A stretch of 64,000 bases of DNA from Octopus bimaculoides (Eukaryota). Within the stretch, counting starts at the first letter, position 1; each line of letters begins with the position of its first letter. Under the pieces are notes generated by a model, which saw only the letters and a list, made by a program, of their open reading frames with translations, ran no database searches and was not told the origin of the DNA. The stretch is from positions 25,295,254 through 25,359,253 of the forward strand of contig NC_068985.1 of the NCBI RefSeq assembly GCF_001194135.2, written 5' to 3'. The position numbers and the translations under genes were made by a program. Positions 12,630-26,500 of this stretch are shown here, piece after piece.

Positions 12630-12686
12630 CAGGCAGAGTGTAGCTGACGACGGTAGTGTATATGACCGCGCTTGAGGAGATCCGAG
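12630..12686 (+). other. OGDH: Probable first (5' UTR) exon of OGDH; start approximate
   Basis: GC/CpG-rich stretch ending in a consensus donor GAG|GTAAGT at 12686/12687. A candidate acceptor ttatttgtttcag| follows at 12837. Confidence 0.55.
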
Positions 12687-13334
12687 GTAAGTTTGATTCA
12701 ATTTATAATATATATACACTTATTTATATATACTTCAAATGAATTTTAACTACCTTTTGTTTGTAATAATTAAATAGTTTGAAATTTCCTGTAATTATTT
12801 CCATAACTACTTGATTTTTAAATCTTATTTGTTTCAGAATATTTTGGCTTTCGACGTCGCCATATTTCACTTTTTTAAACCAAAAAAAGCATTGGAGGAT
12901 CCGAAAATTTCTCTCGTGATTGATTGTTTATAAAATATTTAATGTTCTTATGTCATATTTCAAAGTTTTAAACAACTTTGAGTAATTGACTAAAAAGTCA
13001 GTTATTAAAGTAAACGATTTAGCCTATAAACCTTTCCATGTTGACAATGCCTCTAACAAATAGCTGTCAAGGTTAAAGAAAAAGATAAAGTTCCTCCAAA
13101 ATAAAAAAAAAAAATAAAGTTGTTGGTAATCGAAATCAACACGACGAAGAAATTAGTAAATTTGTTACCTGTAAATATTGTTGATATTTTACTACCCAAC
13201 ACCTATCCTATCAAATTCCGACGAAGTAACCCAACAACGATAGTGGCTACGGAAAAGGCCACACTGGATCGTCGTATAAATCCTCGGCTCTTTCACAATA
13301 TAAGACATTTTCATATCAAACGAACGTTTTAACC

Positions 13335-13568
13335 ATGTACCGCATTAGCAGGACGTTTTTCAAATTTCCTGTGCGTATCACGCACCAGCGGCAGGCATGG
13401 ACTACTCTCCACAACCATCAATCCAAGACTTCAAATTCCATCCCAAAGTCAAATCGGATTAACTATGGTACCCAAGCAGCTGCAGAACCATTCCTTAATG
13501 GGAGCTCGTCTTCCTACTTGGAAGAAATGTATTCTGCTTGGCAGAAAGATCCGAACAGTGTACATAAG
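13335..13568 (+). CDS. OGDH: OGDH first coding exon (78 codons), including a mitochondrial targeting peptide-like N-terminus
   Basis: ACC-ATG at 13335. An R/K/S/T-rich, acid-free N-terminus is followed by [31 protein letters not shown]. Donor AAG|GTAAGT at 13568/13569, phase 0. Confidence 0.96.
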
Positions 13569-16500
13569 GTAAGTATTTTCTAGGTTGTATATATATATAT
13601 GTTCTGTTTTATAACCAATCCTCCTTGAGCTAGATATGCTAGTTTTTTCACAATAGTGGAAGTAATATGATATGCTGAAAAAAAAAATAACAACAAAGTT
13701 GATGTAAACAGGAATTTATTACGCCTATCTTACTTGACATTTAATATACATATATCTATATCACAACAGAAACGTGTCAATAGTCTTGTATGTTAGGAAA
13801 TAATCTTCCTTGTAAACATTACCGTTTGGTATAAGATTTATTACATATGCATGGTTGTTACATAATTCTATCAATTGATTTCTTAATGTTAACCGATAAG
13901 TTCAGGTGTGACTATATTACTCAATATCGGAAATTTTGAAAAGGAAGAATGTAATTTAAGAATGAAATTAGCACTTAAAATTATTTATAGTTAATTCAAA
14001 ATAAACGTTTAAAAGCTAGATTCATAAAGTGAATGACGCTACCTATTCTTCGTCAGATATGTTTAAAATAGGTTAAGAGAATCTGTTTTAAGCTAAGTAT
14101 TAGCAGCATGTTTTAAAATTGCTTCTATTTCGAATATTACCAATTTCTTATAACATTACAAAGGCGTCTAAATTTATTGCTGGACAAGATTAATCTTTGA
14201 GTCAAGAGTTGTCGTTCTTGGTTACCTCAGCCCTCATCAATAACGGGTTAATGAAATAAATAACCATACCTTGGTGGTGGTGGGCAATTACTGCTCACAT
14301 TGTGTATAGTATGCTTCAATAAGTAAATTGAATGTATCAACAATAATAAAATCCTCCATATATTATTTAGGTTGATCCCAACAATGAAGTTTATATTAAT
14401 CCCGCCCATTCCTGTTAGTAGTTTGAAAATATTTTCATTTTACACAACACGTGGGAAGCTGGTATTTAATTTACATCTGAAACTTTGGATTAAAATATGC
14501 TCGTGTTCGGAAAGCGTCTGGAAATAACATTTTATTAGCTAACTTATAAGCTACTTTATATCCTTCCCCAAAGTAACTATCTCTTAAACATTTCTGCAAT
14601 AGTTTATCATCTAATGTATATCTAAATTAGTTAATTTAACGTAAACTATTTTATTTGTTGTTCGAATTTTTACCATTTTGAAAATAGAAATAGCATAAAT
14701 AAATGTCTTAACTAGTTTTAGTTAATGCTACATTTGTTTTATCATGCATACTATCACCAGAATTCTAATAGAGAGGTAAACTGTTCATTGGCATTGTTTC
14801 CTTGCTTAGTGTTAACCGTATAATAGTCTACGCTCATTTTGACGTAATGGCACGTTGTTACGTACATAGAAGATACATCCTTACTGTGTTTGACGTCGGT
14901 TATTGCTTTGACCTTGAGACTACTGCTACCTACTTTATGGAAAGATTTGCGTCTCTTTCGTCTTTATCACCTTGAGAACGATTGAAGCTGATTTGAATCG
15001 GAGCCAATTCCTGCACCGGCTCTTTTTGGTTTCAGTAGATGAAGAGCTAGATATCTCTGTACATATATGATTATAGTCAGTGGAAGTATGATCTCCAATT
15101 TCAAGTCGACACGAAAATACATAATACAAGGCAATTTACAGATACATACAGCGTACATAAATAAATATCTATATAGGCGGGTAGGTGAATTAAACACCAG
15201 AGATGCTTTGTCCCACGCAAAAAAATGCAACTACAGGATATATATTTTACTGTTTTATGTGAGTGTTTCAACCGTGACACACATACACACACACTTATAT
15301 ATATTGTATTGTGGTGTATGTCATTTTATGTTTTCTTAGCTTGCATTTGTTGGAAGTTAGTTTTCGCCAAAATCAGTTCTTATTTGGAATTACTGCTCTC
15401 CTGGCTGCACGTCGTCTTACCGGCTACTCTATAGTGTGTACTGGCTTCATTTTATCGTGGCACCAACACTAGAGATGTCTTGATTCCGGACTTTACGTTG
15501 TCTCCTCATTCGCCAACTAATTTACAGGGTATATTTAGTGCATTTTGTTGTGGCTCCAACTCTTCTAAATTTGCCTTGTATTCAACAAGACTAAAGACTC
15601 ATAACTATTCTGGGTTGTGTCTATTCACTTGGGGCAACATGATCTTGTGGGTGAGAAGAAAGGGCAATAACAGACAATCCAGAATTAGATAATGAAAGAA
15701 ACAAATGTACGACGGTAGAAATACAATGGTTGGGTGGATATGTTAGCGGCGGGGGAAATAGAAAACGTAGTACTGGGAGTATTGAGAAGATGGTAATGGT
15801 TGTTGCATATTAGCTGGTAATAGAGCATGGGAGATATCAATACTGAATGACCCGATGGAGAGGAAGTGATGATCAAGGAGGTTGATGGCGGTGTATATCA
15901 GATGTCAACAGGTGTGATTGCAATCCCACGTTAAACAAGCATCATGATATGAGATTATAAAACAGTATGTCGGTATGATTGGGTGGTTAAAATGCTCATT
16001 TTACAGCTGCGATGGTTTTGAGTTCAGTCTCACTATGTGTTATGTTGGCCAAGTGCATTCATGTATAGTTCCATGCTGACCCAAACCTCATGGGTATGTT
16101 GATATTTTTGGCAGCACACAAAGGTCATATACCACAAATAAAAGTTACCTATGCTTCAAACTATGCACATCATGCTGTTGGATTGAATATTCATCTGAGA
16201 GGTCATGGACGGAAAGTCAGAAATGCCATTGACAGGGAGGAAGCACAAAGGAATGCCAATCATCTGTAAAGATAGAGCAAGCCCCATATACATATATGTA
16301 TATACATACATATATAAAATATATGTAAATGCCAAATTCTTCCCAAAAGAAGAAAGTATCTTCTAATATAGACTAGTGGTTTGTGACTTTAAGATAGACA
16401 TAATAGAGAACAAAACTAGCAGTTTTTACTGGAAAATGTGTTAGGGATGTCAGACATGTGGCTAGTGCATGATTCCAGCTAAATGCAGGCTAGTGCATTG

Positions 16501-19500
16501 CAACAGTACTATAGAAAGTACCTTAAATGCAAAGAGACAACCCTGAAAGGACTGGAAGAAAGGGAGCAGCAGAGAATACCTAGTTGTTAAAAAGAAGCTG
16601 AATGTCAGGTATGCGTAGCTAGAGGAGAGGCAGAAAAGAAGTTTGCACGCATTTTATGACATGAAGTGTTCTGCATTGCTAAACAGTATACTAGACAATA
16701 TTGAAATTTTGGTTAGACATCATCATCATTTAATGTCTGCTTTCCATGCTGGTGTGGGTTGGATGGTTTGACTGAGGACTGGCAAGCCAGGAGGTTGCAC
16801 CAGGCCCCAATCTGATCTGGTAAGGTTTCTACAGTTGGATGCCCTTCCTAACACCAACCACTCCGAGAGTGTAATGGGTGCTTTTTACATGCCACTGGCA
16901 TGGGGGCCAGTCAGGCGGCACTGGCACCAACCACACTCAAATGGTGCTTTTTACATACTGCCGGTACGGGAGCCAGTTAAGCAGCACTGGCTCCCATTCT
17001 GGTATGTGAAATGATAATGGTACACTTATTCTCACTGACATTGGTAGGAAAGGTATGGAAGTGTTAATCTGAGAAGCTATTGAATGTGGACAGTGTTAAC
17101 AATGGGACTAGCCATCCAAGTTGACAGTAGTAAGGTAGATAAAACAATAAAGGACATGAAAGTAGGGAAAGAAAATAAGCTGGCAGGGGTAGTTGCTGAG
17201 ATGTTTAAAATACACTGCAAAGTAGGGCACAGGCTGGTCACTTGAGTAATTCAAGTGATAGTCATACCCAATGCAGTATCATCATAAATTAAAGAGGCAA
17301 GGGAGATGCACTAAAGAGATGTAACTACTGAGAGATCAGTGTTAAACCGGATTGTGATGTGACAAATGATTACTGCAAAATTGATTAGGGACAGGATTAT
17401 GGGGTTTGGCTTTGTCTTGGAAAGAAGCACCACTGAGACCATATTCCTTGTGAGACAGCTACAAGTAAAATGCATGGATAGGAATATTTCCCTATACCTT
17501 GCATTTGTTGGTCTCAAGGCCTTTGACAGGGTCCCATGCACTCTGAGTTGGTGGTCATTAAGAATAAATGAATGGTTTGTGAGAGCCATACTTGCTATAT
17601 ATGAAAGATCAGTTAGCAAAGAGAGAATCAGCAATGAGTTAAATAATGAATTTAGTGTGCAAGTGGGAAGTACGTCAGGGCTCAGTTCTCAGCGCCTTCC
17701 TATTTATTTTATTACAGAGGAATTTAAGACACTGCTTGTGGGAACTCCTACATACTGACAATATATCTTTTTTTTAGCAGAATCAGTAGAAGAATTGAAG
17801 CTAGAATTCAAGTTATGGAAAGAAAATCAGAAATTGAGATCCATTAAAGCAAAAGCAAATGTTTTTCTAAGAAGGAGGACTAGACTGTTGCTATAAAACC
17901 AAAGAAATAGTTGTGTTCTGTATACAAAAAGGAAGAGTGTCAATAGAAATTCTATATAGTTTAAACAGTGGACACAAAAGTTGTGGCAACAAAGAGCTTA
18001 TCTCTCAAGATGACAGGCAGACTATAATGATGGCAGTGTGATGTGGGTCTTGAGGGCAGAAGACATATGAAGGAGCTTTCTTCACTGGTTGTTTGTGTGT
18101 TTGAATAAAAGAGTATAAATGAACTGAGACACAAACTGGGAAAAGAGGTATCAACTGTACTGTGTGCAAGAGGGTGGACTAAGCTAATTTGGGAAAGTAA
18201 TGCAAATGGACACTGACAGCTGTATAAACAATTGCTGAGGCTCATAATGAATGATACCTGTAGGAAAGGGCTACCATGAATGAGGTGGTAAAAAATGATC
18301 TCAGGATGAAAGCCTGTTTGGTTATTATTTTTCATGTTCAGAGGACAAGGGAGGAATATTACATTGCTTGGAGACAGGTGAGGGTCGATGTCAGGTAGAT
18401 CATCTAGCCATAGAAAAATCAATTTAAATGAATTTCATTTGATCCATGTGAAATTGGAAAAGTAGACATGAAAAAGAATGATAATGATATATAGATATTT
18501 GTATGCATTTAAAAATCTTCTATTGAGATACTTTAAGTTTATCATTGCTTTGGACTGTAAAATGAATGTTTCTTTGTTTATGTATAAAAAGGTTTTCTAT
18601 ATATGCATGTATGTGATAATTTATGCTCACACATACATACAGCATCTGCAGGAGAAATATAGACCCAAAGATAAACCTTTGAACTTGGCTTTTGTTGACT
18701 TGGAGAAAGCCTTTGATAGGGTCCCCCGATCCCTTATCTGGTGGTCAGTGCAGAAACTGGGAATAGACGAGTGACTTGTAAGAGCTGTACAAGCTCTGTT
18801 CAGGGACGCTGTCAGTAAGGTGAGGGTTGGCAATGAGTATAGTGAAGAATTCTGAGTAAAAGTAGGGGTTCACCAAGGATCAGTCCTCAGTCCCCTCTTA
18901 TTCCTTATAGTCCTCCAGGCAATTATAGGGGGGAAAACTACAAGTAGTTGATAGCTTCCTGATGTGTTGGGCAATATATATGCTTGAGAAAACCTGTTCA
19001 GTCAAGTAAAACCAATATTGTAGCTCTGGCCGGTGCCCTCTGGCTGGCACATCAAAGGCACCATCCGAACGTGGTCGAAGCCAGGTCTGCCTGACAGGCT
19101 ACTGTGCTGGTGGCCCATAAAAAAACACCAACCAATCGTGATTAATGCCAATACTCCTCTGACTGGCTTCTGTGCTGGTAGCACTTAGAAAGCACCATCT
19201 GAACGTGTTTGTTGCTAGGCCTGCCTTACTGGCTCCTGTGCTGGTAGCATGTAAAAAGCACCCACTACACTCTTGGAGTGGTTGGTGTTAGGAAGGGCAT
19301 CCAGCTGTAGAAACTCTTCCAGAACAGATTGGAGCCTGATGCAGCCGCCGGCTCTCCAGATCTCAGTCAAACCGTCCCGCCCATGCCAGCATGGAAAACG
19401 GATGTTAATCGATGATGATGATATATAGGTATAAGCATGGCTGTATGAATATGCTTGGTAATTTTGTGCTCTCAAGTTCTGTGGGATTGGTAGAAGGAAA

Positions 19501-19906
19501 TTATTAAAACTAAAATAACCAAGTGTGATACATAGATGACTATTTTATTTAATACTGTTTCAAATGCATATGCCAGAATTTCATTCAACCAGGCAGTTAT
19601 TCATAATATGAAACATTTTATTCAATGTTTCCTATATCAGTGAGAAATTCTCACCCATGTGAGAATCTCTCGCTAACTGCATGTATGTCATTAAAAAGGC
19701 TGAAATGCACCTAGTAATTAAGTGAGCTGCTACTGGGATGATTTTTCTTTTGTCTCCTGTCAATACTTTTCTTTTTAACACAGCAAGGCCATCAGAAATG
19801 TTGCCTCAAGACGAATACTGCTGTTACTGGCACATTGACAGTGTATATACATCAAGTATGATACCTAGATGACTTTTTAAATTTAATACTGTCTCAATTG
19901 CATACA

Positions 19907-19991
<85 letters not shown>

Positions 19992-20508
19992 TATGTAGCA
20001 GGGTGAGGGTTGGCAACAAGTACAGTGAAGAATTCTGGGTAGGAGTCCACCAAGGATCAGTCCTCAGCCTCCTCTTATTCGTCATAGTCCTCTAGGCAAT
20101 AACAGAGGAATCCAAGACAGGATGCCCCTGGGAGCTTCTATATGCTGATGACCTTGCTCTAGTAGCTGAGTCACTATCAGAACTAGAGAAGTTTCAGGTA
20201 TGGAAGCAAGGTCTAGAATTGAAGGGCCTTAGAGTCAACCAAGCAAAATCCACAGTCTTAATAAGTAGGAAGGCAGACAGACCACAAATCCCTTCAGGTA
20301 GATGGCCCTGCTTGATCTGTAGAAAAGGCATAGGTTGAAACTCCATAAGATGTACCCAGTGTAAGCTATGGACACATAAGAAGTGCACATGAGCTCAAAT
20401 GTTCACATTCCACTACTTTGCTTGTCTGGTTAAAATAGTGATATGATGTTTACATTGCTTGTTTCTTGTTAAATATTACAATTAATCACTAAGCTCTTGA
20501 AGACTAGT

Positions 20509-20557
<49 letters not shown>

Positions 20558-23500
20558 CCCCTACTTGAAACAACAAGTAAGAGTTTACTACAGGAATGGC
20601 ATCCAGCTGTAATATGCTGGCCAGAAATAAGTCCCTGTTCAATTCTGCTCAAATAGCAAACACAGATGTTAAATGAACAATGGTTTTGATGAATATTCAG
20701 ATGTTCAGTCAGTCTTAGTTACCCATTCATTGAATTAGCATATTAGTGGGTGAGTATTCGACAGGAATATGTGCACTTGGCAAAATCAGCATGGCAATGT
20801 GTGGCAAGAAGGGACCTTTTGAATTACAGGTTTAATTCCTCCAATGGACTTCTGTACAGTTTCCATCTATCCAGTTTCATTCAAGGTTTGGGCTAACCCA
20901 CCTTGTGAACGACTCACTATGGTAAAGACACTTGCCCAATATACCATGCACTGGTATCGATCTGGAACCTCATGACTGGGAAGGATCTCTGTAGCCATTT
21001 GGCCTTGCTGCACCTGTTTTATCCTGTATTGTGTGTACAAAAAAAACTTGGTAATTGTTTGTGCTTGGGGTCAGAAGTGTTTTATCTACAACACTGCATG
21101 TTTTTTAAATCTTTCCAGTTAGTGAAATGATATTTGAACATAAGATAGAAATAAATAATAGTAAAATAATTGTTAAAAAATAGTGAAATAATTGTTAAAA
21201 AAAATAGTGAAATAATTGTTAAAAAAAATAGTGAAATAATTGTTAAAAGATTATCAGTTCAAAGATATAGGAATAATTTTAACAAGTGTGTTTCCTCTTT
21301 GATGTTAGTTCACAAAAGTTAAAATTTGAGTGATCACTCAATTGGCTAGAATTAGCAGCCAAATCTCCCTGAACAAATAGTGAAGATCAAGCCATTCCTT
21401 TCTTCTTTTTTCTTAAACACAAGAAAGGCAGAAACTAATAGATTAATGACAGTGTGGTAATATTGAAGTTTAACTCTTTCTTCTCAGTTTTATAAATGGA
21501 TACTCTCAATAGTAATATAATTCTAACAATAAGACTTTGAAACAATTTAAGACAGTTGTTAAAAGCAGTTATAATTTTAAAGAAATGAAGGAAGTATTGT
21601 TTATGTATAGCTAAAAAGTGAAAATGGCACGTTATAAGGTGGTGAAATAATTCTAACAAAACATATCTTCCATGTCTGCTATTTTAAAAATTTGACTAGA
21701 TGAGTAAAATTTAACAAAAAGAAAAATTGTGAAATTAGGATTTAAAGTAAAATTGTTTTGTATAGTATTCATTTGATATGCACCAAAAAAGATTACTTTG
21801 TATAAAAATAATAAATAAAGCACCAAACACCAGAGTTCGATAACCTTTTTATACACAGTTCTTCTAGCCACAAGATGTACTTGCTAAAAGGTTTTAGTTG
21901 TAGCAGTTTCTTTGATTTTGTACTGCACTGTGATGTCTTGTTTGACGAGGTCACACCACTCCATTTTCTCTGACACTGATGGCATCATCATTGCATAATC
22001 AAGATTTACATTTTTGCTTTATGCAATGTTTTTCATTAACTTCTGTTCATCACTTTCAACATAGGATTTCAGTGTCCTATTTCTGAAGGTCAAATATAAC
22101 GATCATTTCAATGGCAAACCTCTCAATCAGACACTTCACAATTACACTGGGTTTTTCCAACAACTTGACTCTGTAATATTTGATAAACAGAAATGCTTTC
22201 TCTTTTTCTTTTCATGATTATTCATAAGAGTATATGCAGTTCTTTTCAACATTTTCATCATTGTAGAGTATAAAGGATGTGGTAATGCATACAAGACTTG
22301 TTGCTATGACATTTCATGGTGATAAACTGAGGCCTAATTAATGGGGCTGGACAAGCAAAACCTTAGGTGTGTGACATCACTTTCAACAATTGACTTGTAA
22401 CAGTTGTGCATTTCCAAGGAACCTGGGCACTCTCTGGAATTTTCCATTTATGGCACGTCTTTCTGTAGATAAATTTTTGGAATTTGGCAGACTTTTAGAT
22501 GTGTTTTGTGTGTGAAAAGTAAAATGGAGACAAGCTTTAAACAATCTCTTCACTATCAAGGAACAAAGATAATAAATACTTCTGGGTTAGCAGCAGCAGT
22601 GACATTGTGTATGGAGTAGGCATCCTATTGGCAGAGAAGTGTGTAGAAAAGTAATTGAAGTAGTAAAAGTATGTAGTAGGATAATTGAGCTTAGACTAAC
22701 CTTAGTTAATATAACAGTGATATTGATCTCTGCATATGCTCCGCAATCTGAGCTGGAAGATGGTGAGGGCCAATTTGCAGACTATGTTAATGATGAATAG
22801 TAGTGACTTTATTGTCATGGTTGGTGATTTCAAGAGACATGTTGGACAGTATTCTGATGAATTTCACGATGTGCTTTGATTTGAGGAACAAAGAGGTAAT
22901 AAGGCTACAAGAACTCTCTGACACTAAAGACTTGATCATTTGTAACACTAAATTCACCTGATCACCTATTAATCTCATGAACACACAAGCTAAATAGATC
23001 TAATTCTGACCAGGTAATGGAATGGACAGATAGTTATAGACACTTAAGTTTTTCCTCTTGGGCAGAATGTACAAGCCAACACAGGCTAATGGTTAGCAAT
23101 TTAGGACTTAGAGCTTGGCAGGCTTAGAAAACAATCAGTTTGGAAAAGGAAGATATGGAAGCTTTAAGGTCCATCAAACAGAACTTTAGAAATGTACAAG
23201 TTGAAGTATCTGATGGAAGCAACGAGATAGAGATTTAACTTCTTAGCATTCAAACTGGCCATATTTGGCCTAAATATTCTACCTGTTTTATGCTCAAACC
23301 AGCCAGATGCAACCTCTCATACCTACCTTACAATGCCCATCTAAAAAATTAGCCATCACTTCATGAGAATCTCAAAGCTGTAAGATGATGTATGACTAAT
23401 TCAAAACAATGTGAATAAATAAGCATTGCATTTGGCAGAATAATCTGAATGCTAAAGGGTTAAAGCATAGAAGACAGCTGGAAGTTCCTATAGGACAACC

Positions 23501-26500
23501 TAGTGAGGGTTGTAGACCAAACCTGTAATTGGTGCAAGGTTTCAACTAGATTGAAGATGACAGTGGTTTACAGAGCCATAAAAATGGAGAGGCTTGTAAA
23601 CACTGGAAAAAAAAGTGAGTGGAATGTTAAGAGTGACCAACCTGTAATCTGTTATGCTGGTCCATTTGTGAACAACCTGTAACCTGATATACCCAGCTTA
23701 ATGTGGAAGCCTGTGATGCAGATGACCCAATTTTACTTAGCAGGCATGACTTATTTCTTGCAACTACATGTATACACACATGCATACAGGTTTACACTTA
23801 CTTACCCTCACTATTAAGTCTGATTACACCAACAGATAGTAATACAGTCACTTTTTTGGGAGTTTTACATGAGACATGGTCATCAGTAGGGGGTACTGCT
23901 GAAAGCAGTTGCTTTGTTTGATTGGAACAATTGAAGTTTTTGATTTTGGTGGATGTATGTAAGAGAAGTGGAAAAAGTGTTGTTGAAATGTTTTGTGGTT
24001 TGTACTATGTTAGACACAATGGTTTCAAATGAAAATAGCTTCATTTCAAATCTATTTTTCAAGTCTGAGTGCTTACTGTAAATTATAGTACTTGCAGTTT
24101 CCATTGTCCTACATACACTTTTGTATTTTATTCTCCTACATGATTGGTGATTTTCTACTCTTGAGAAAACCAGTGGCCATTACATAAGTTCTGGATGTGA
24201 CATGTGGAGGGTGAAATCCCTAATTTCCCCATAAAGAACAAAACCTGTGTGTTGGAAATGCACATGTGAATAGAAGAAAGGGAGGGTTACAATTCCCAAC
24301 AAAATTTTAGTTAAAGTGTATCTTGTGTTGACAAACAAATTATGTTCTGGGCATAACCTGCAAAAATTTGCCTTTTTTGTACTGAGCATGTTTCAAAGCA
24401 AAGTTGTCTGAAAAATTGTTCTTCAGACACTAGTTTAAATCGAAAACGATTGCTGCATTTGTAAAAATGAAATTGTGAAAGTATACAAACTCAAATTGTA
24501 ATTTGAGCTGACACTGTGTTCCAGAAGTGACAGTGTACAAAAAGTATGAAAGGTGCTCTGATAGTTTCAAAAGTATTCTGTAACTTGTCCAATTCACATG
24601 AAAATATTGCTAAGGCTGTTAATCACAACAAATTTGATTTAACTTAAACACCAAAATAAAACAAAAGCAAAATAAAGTTCTCAAATTTAATTCATAGCAT
24701 TATGAAAGTCTAAAGTTCCTTGTCAAACTTAGTTTTCATGACTTGTCATATCAGGACAAAGCAAGGTTCAACTATTTGATCTTCATGTATCTATGATTTG
24801 TCCATGTTGTTACTCATGTACATATTTCCATCCGATATTTGTTTTACAAGTACAAATAGTTATTCTATCAGATTTTTTTCACACACTGCTGGTAGCACTT
24901 TGGTTTTTGTACCACCTTTTTCATATTTAAATGTGTACTTTCCTTAATAGAATTTCCCACATTCTCATTTGATTCCCCTGTTTTGAACTGTTTGCAGATG
25001 ATATGTTCAGGGAGGTGACAATATATTCCCAACAGTAGTTTCATTAACTATTTCAATGTAGTGAAAGTATTTTGTTCCTCATAATGATCTTGAATGGGTT
25101 GCCATTCTTTCCTTCAAAAAATTTGTGTTGGCTGTGATGGACAAGCAGCAATAACACGATGGAAACTTCTTTCTTGCCACAGCAATAAATTTGTCCAGAT
25201 GCCAGATAGCATTTTTCACATCACCACTCCTTCCATCATTCTCCTCGTTTCCATGCGATGTAGCAAAAGGATTCTAGTCAGCTGAAACACCATGATCTCA
25301 GAAGAAATTACAAATTCTTGAATACATATTGGTTTTTGAATTGGCTGAAGGTCCCTGTAGTGCACAGATCGTTGTTTTAAACTTACTGTAGAAAAAGATG
25401 TTATCCTTGTCGTATCTTAAATCATTCTGAGCGATCTGAGAAAATAAGATAAGAGAATGAAATATTTTTCCTTTAAAAGTTGTAAGAAGTTGAAAACCAT
25501 AAAAGTTATTCCAAGTCACATCTGGCGTCGTACAAGTTTTCTTCCCTGTAGCTGCAGGGGCATTGTGTTGCATTAAACAAGGATAAAAGTTGTATGATGA
25601 TATGGTGCATTTGCAGTGTGCTAAAGGTTAAGCTTCATGAAGGACCACTCATGGAATGACACTTAAGCAAAAATGAGAACCTAAAAGCATATACGCCTTC
25701 CCTTGCAACCAATCTGACACTTTTGAACCCCTCCCCCTCCCATAAAAAAGTCACCTTTCTAACATCTTCCCCTCTGTCACTCTTCTGATTACAGTACTAT
25801 TTACCCAGCTGGTGTAACTATAAGAACAGAACAGTGCACATTCAATACTCTTACCACTCATCCTTTGTGGAACCACCTTTTTCCATGCATTCTTTGTATT
25901 TTCCATTGATTGCCCCTTTTACCTCCCCTTTTCCCTGTACACCTAATTTTTCCAACAGAAGCCACTACCTTGTATCATCTTTCTCTATTTCTACCTGTAT
26001 GTACCTCTGATTTTGCCCCTAGTACTGTTCATCCCTCCTGCACCCCACTGTCACTACTTCACATCTTTGCTACCACCTTCTATCTCTCTGATCCATACCT
26101 ACTTCTTCCACTTTTCCCTCCAACTAATATTCACAATCAATCATGCTCCCATCATGTTTACCACTCACTACATTTCCCTCATCCCCATTCATATCCATCT
26201 GTCACTCTCCTTCACACTCCCATTTACTTACCCACCCATACCACTTATATTCACCTTCCTATAATTTAAGGGTGCACATTGATACATCCTAACCACCATC
26301 TTCCTTTTTCAACTGGGGTAACCATATCTCTCTCTGCTGCAAATACCTGTTCCTATCCCTTTATCATACTTGAGCCTTTCATCACCTAGCATCAAGCCAC
26401 CTCCCTCAATTCTACTTCCCACTCAGTTGATTAGTCTTGTCATGTAAGTTACTTGATGGCTTTACTAGTGCCTGTGTCATGTGAAAAGCACCCAGTACAC

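Noticed and set aside
25910-26440. 83-119 aa Pro/His/Leu-rich ORFs (also 38621-39196)
   Set aside because: Pyrimidine/purine-skewed low-complexity and SINE-derived sequence, with no motif or splice support.
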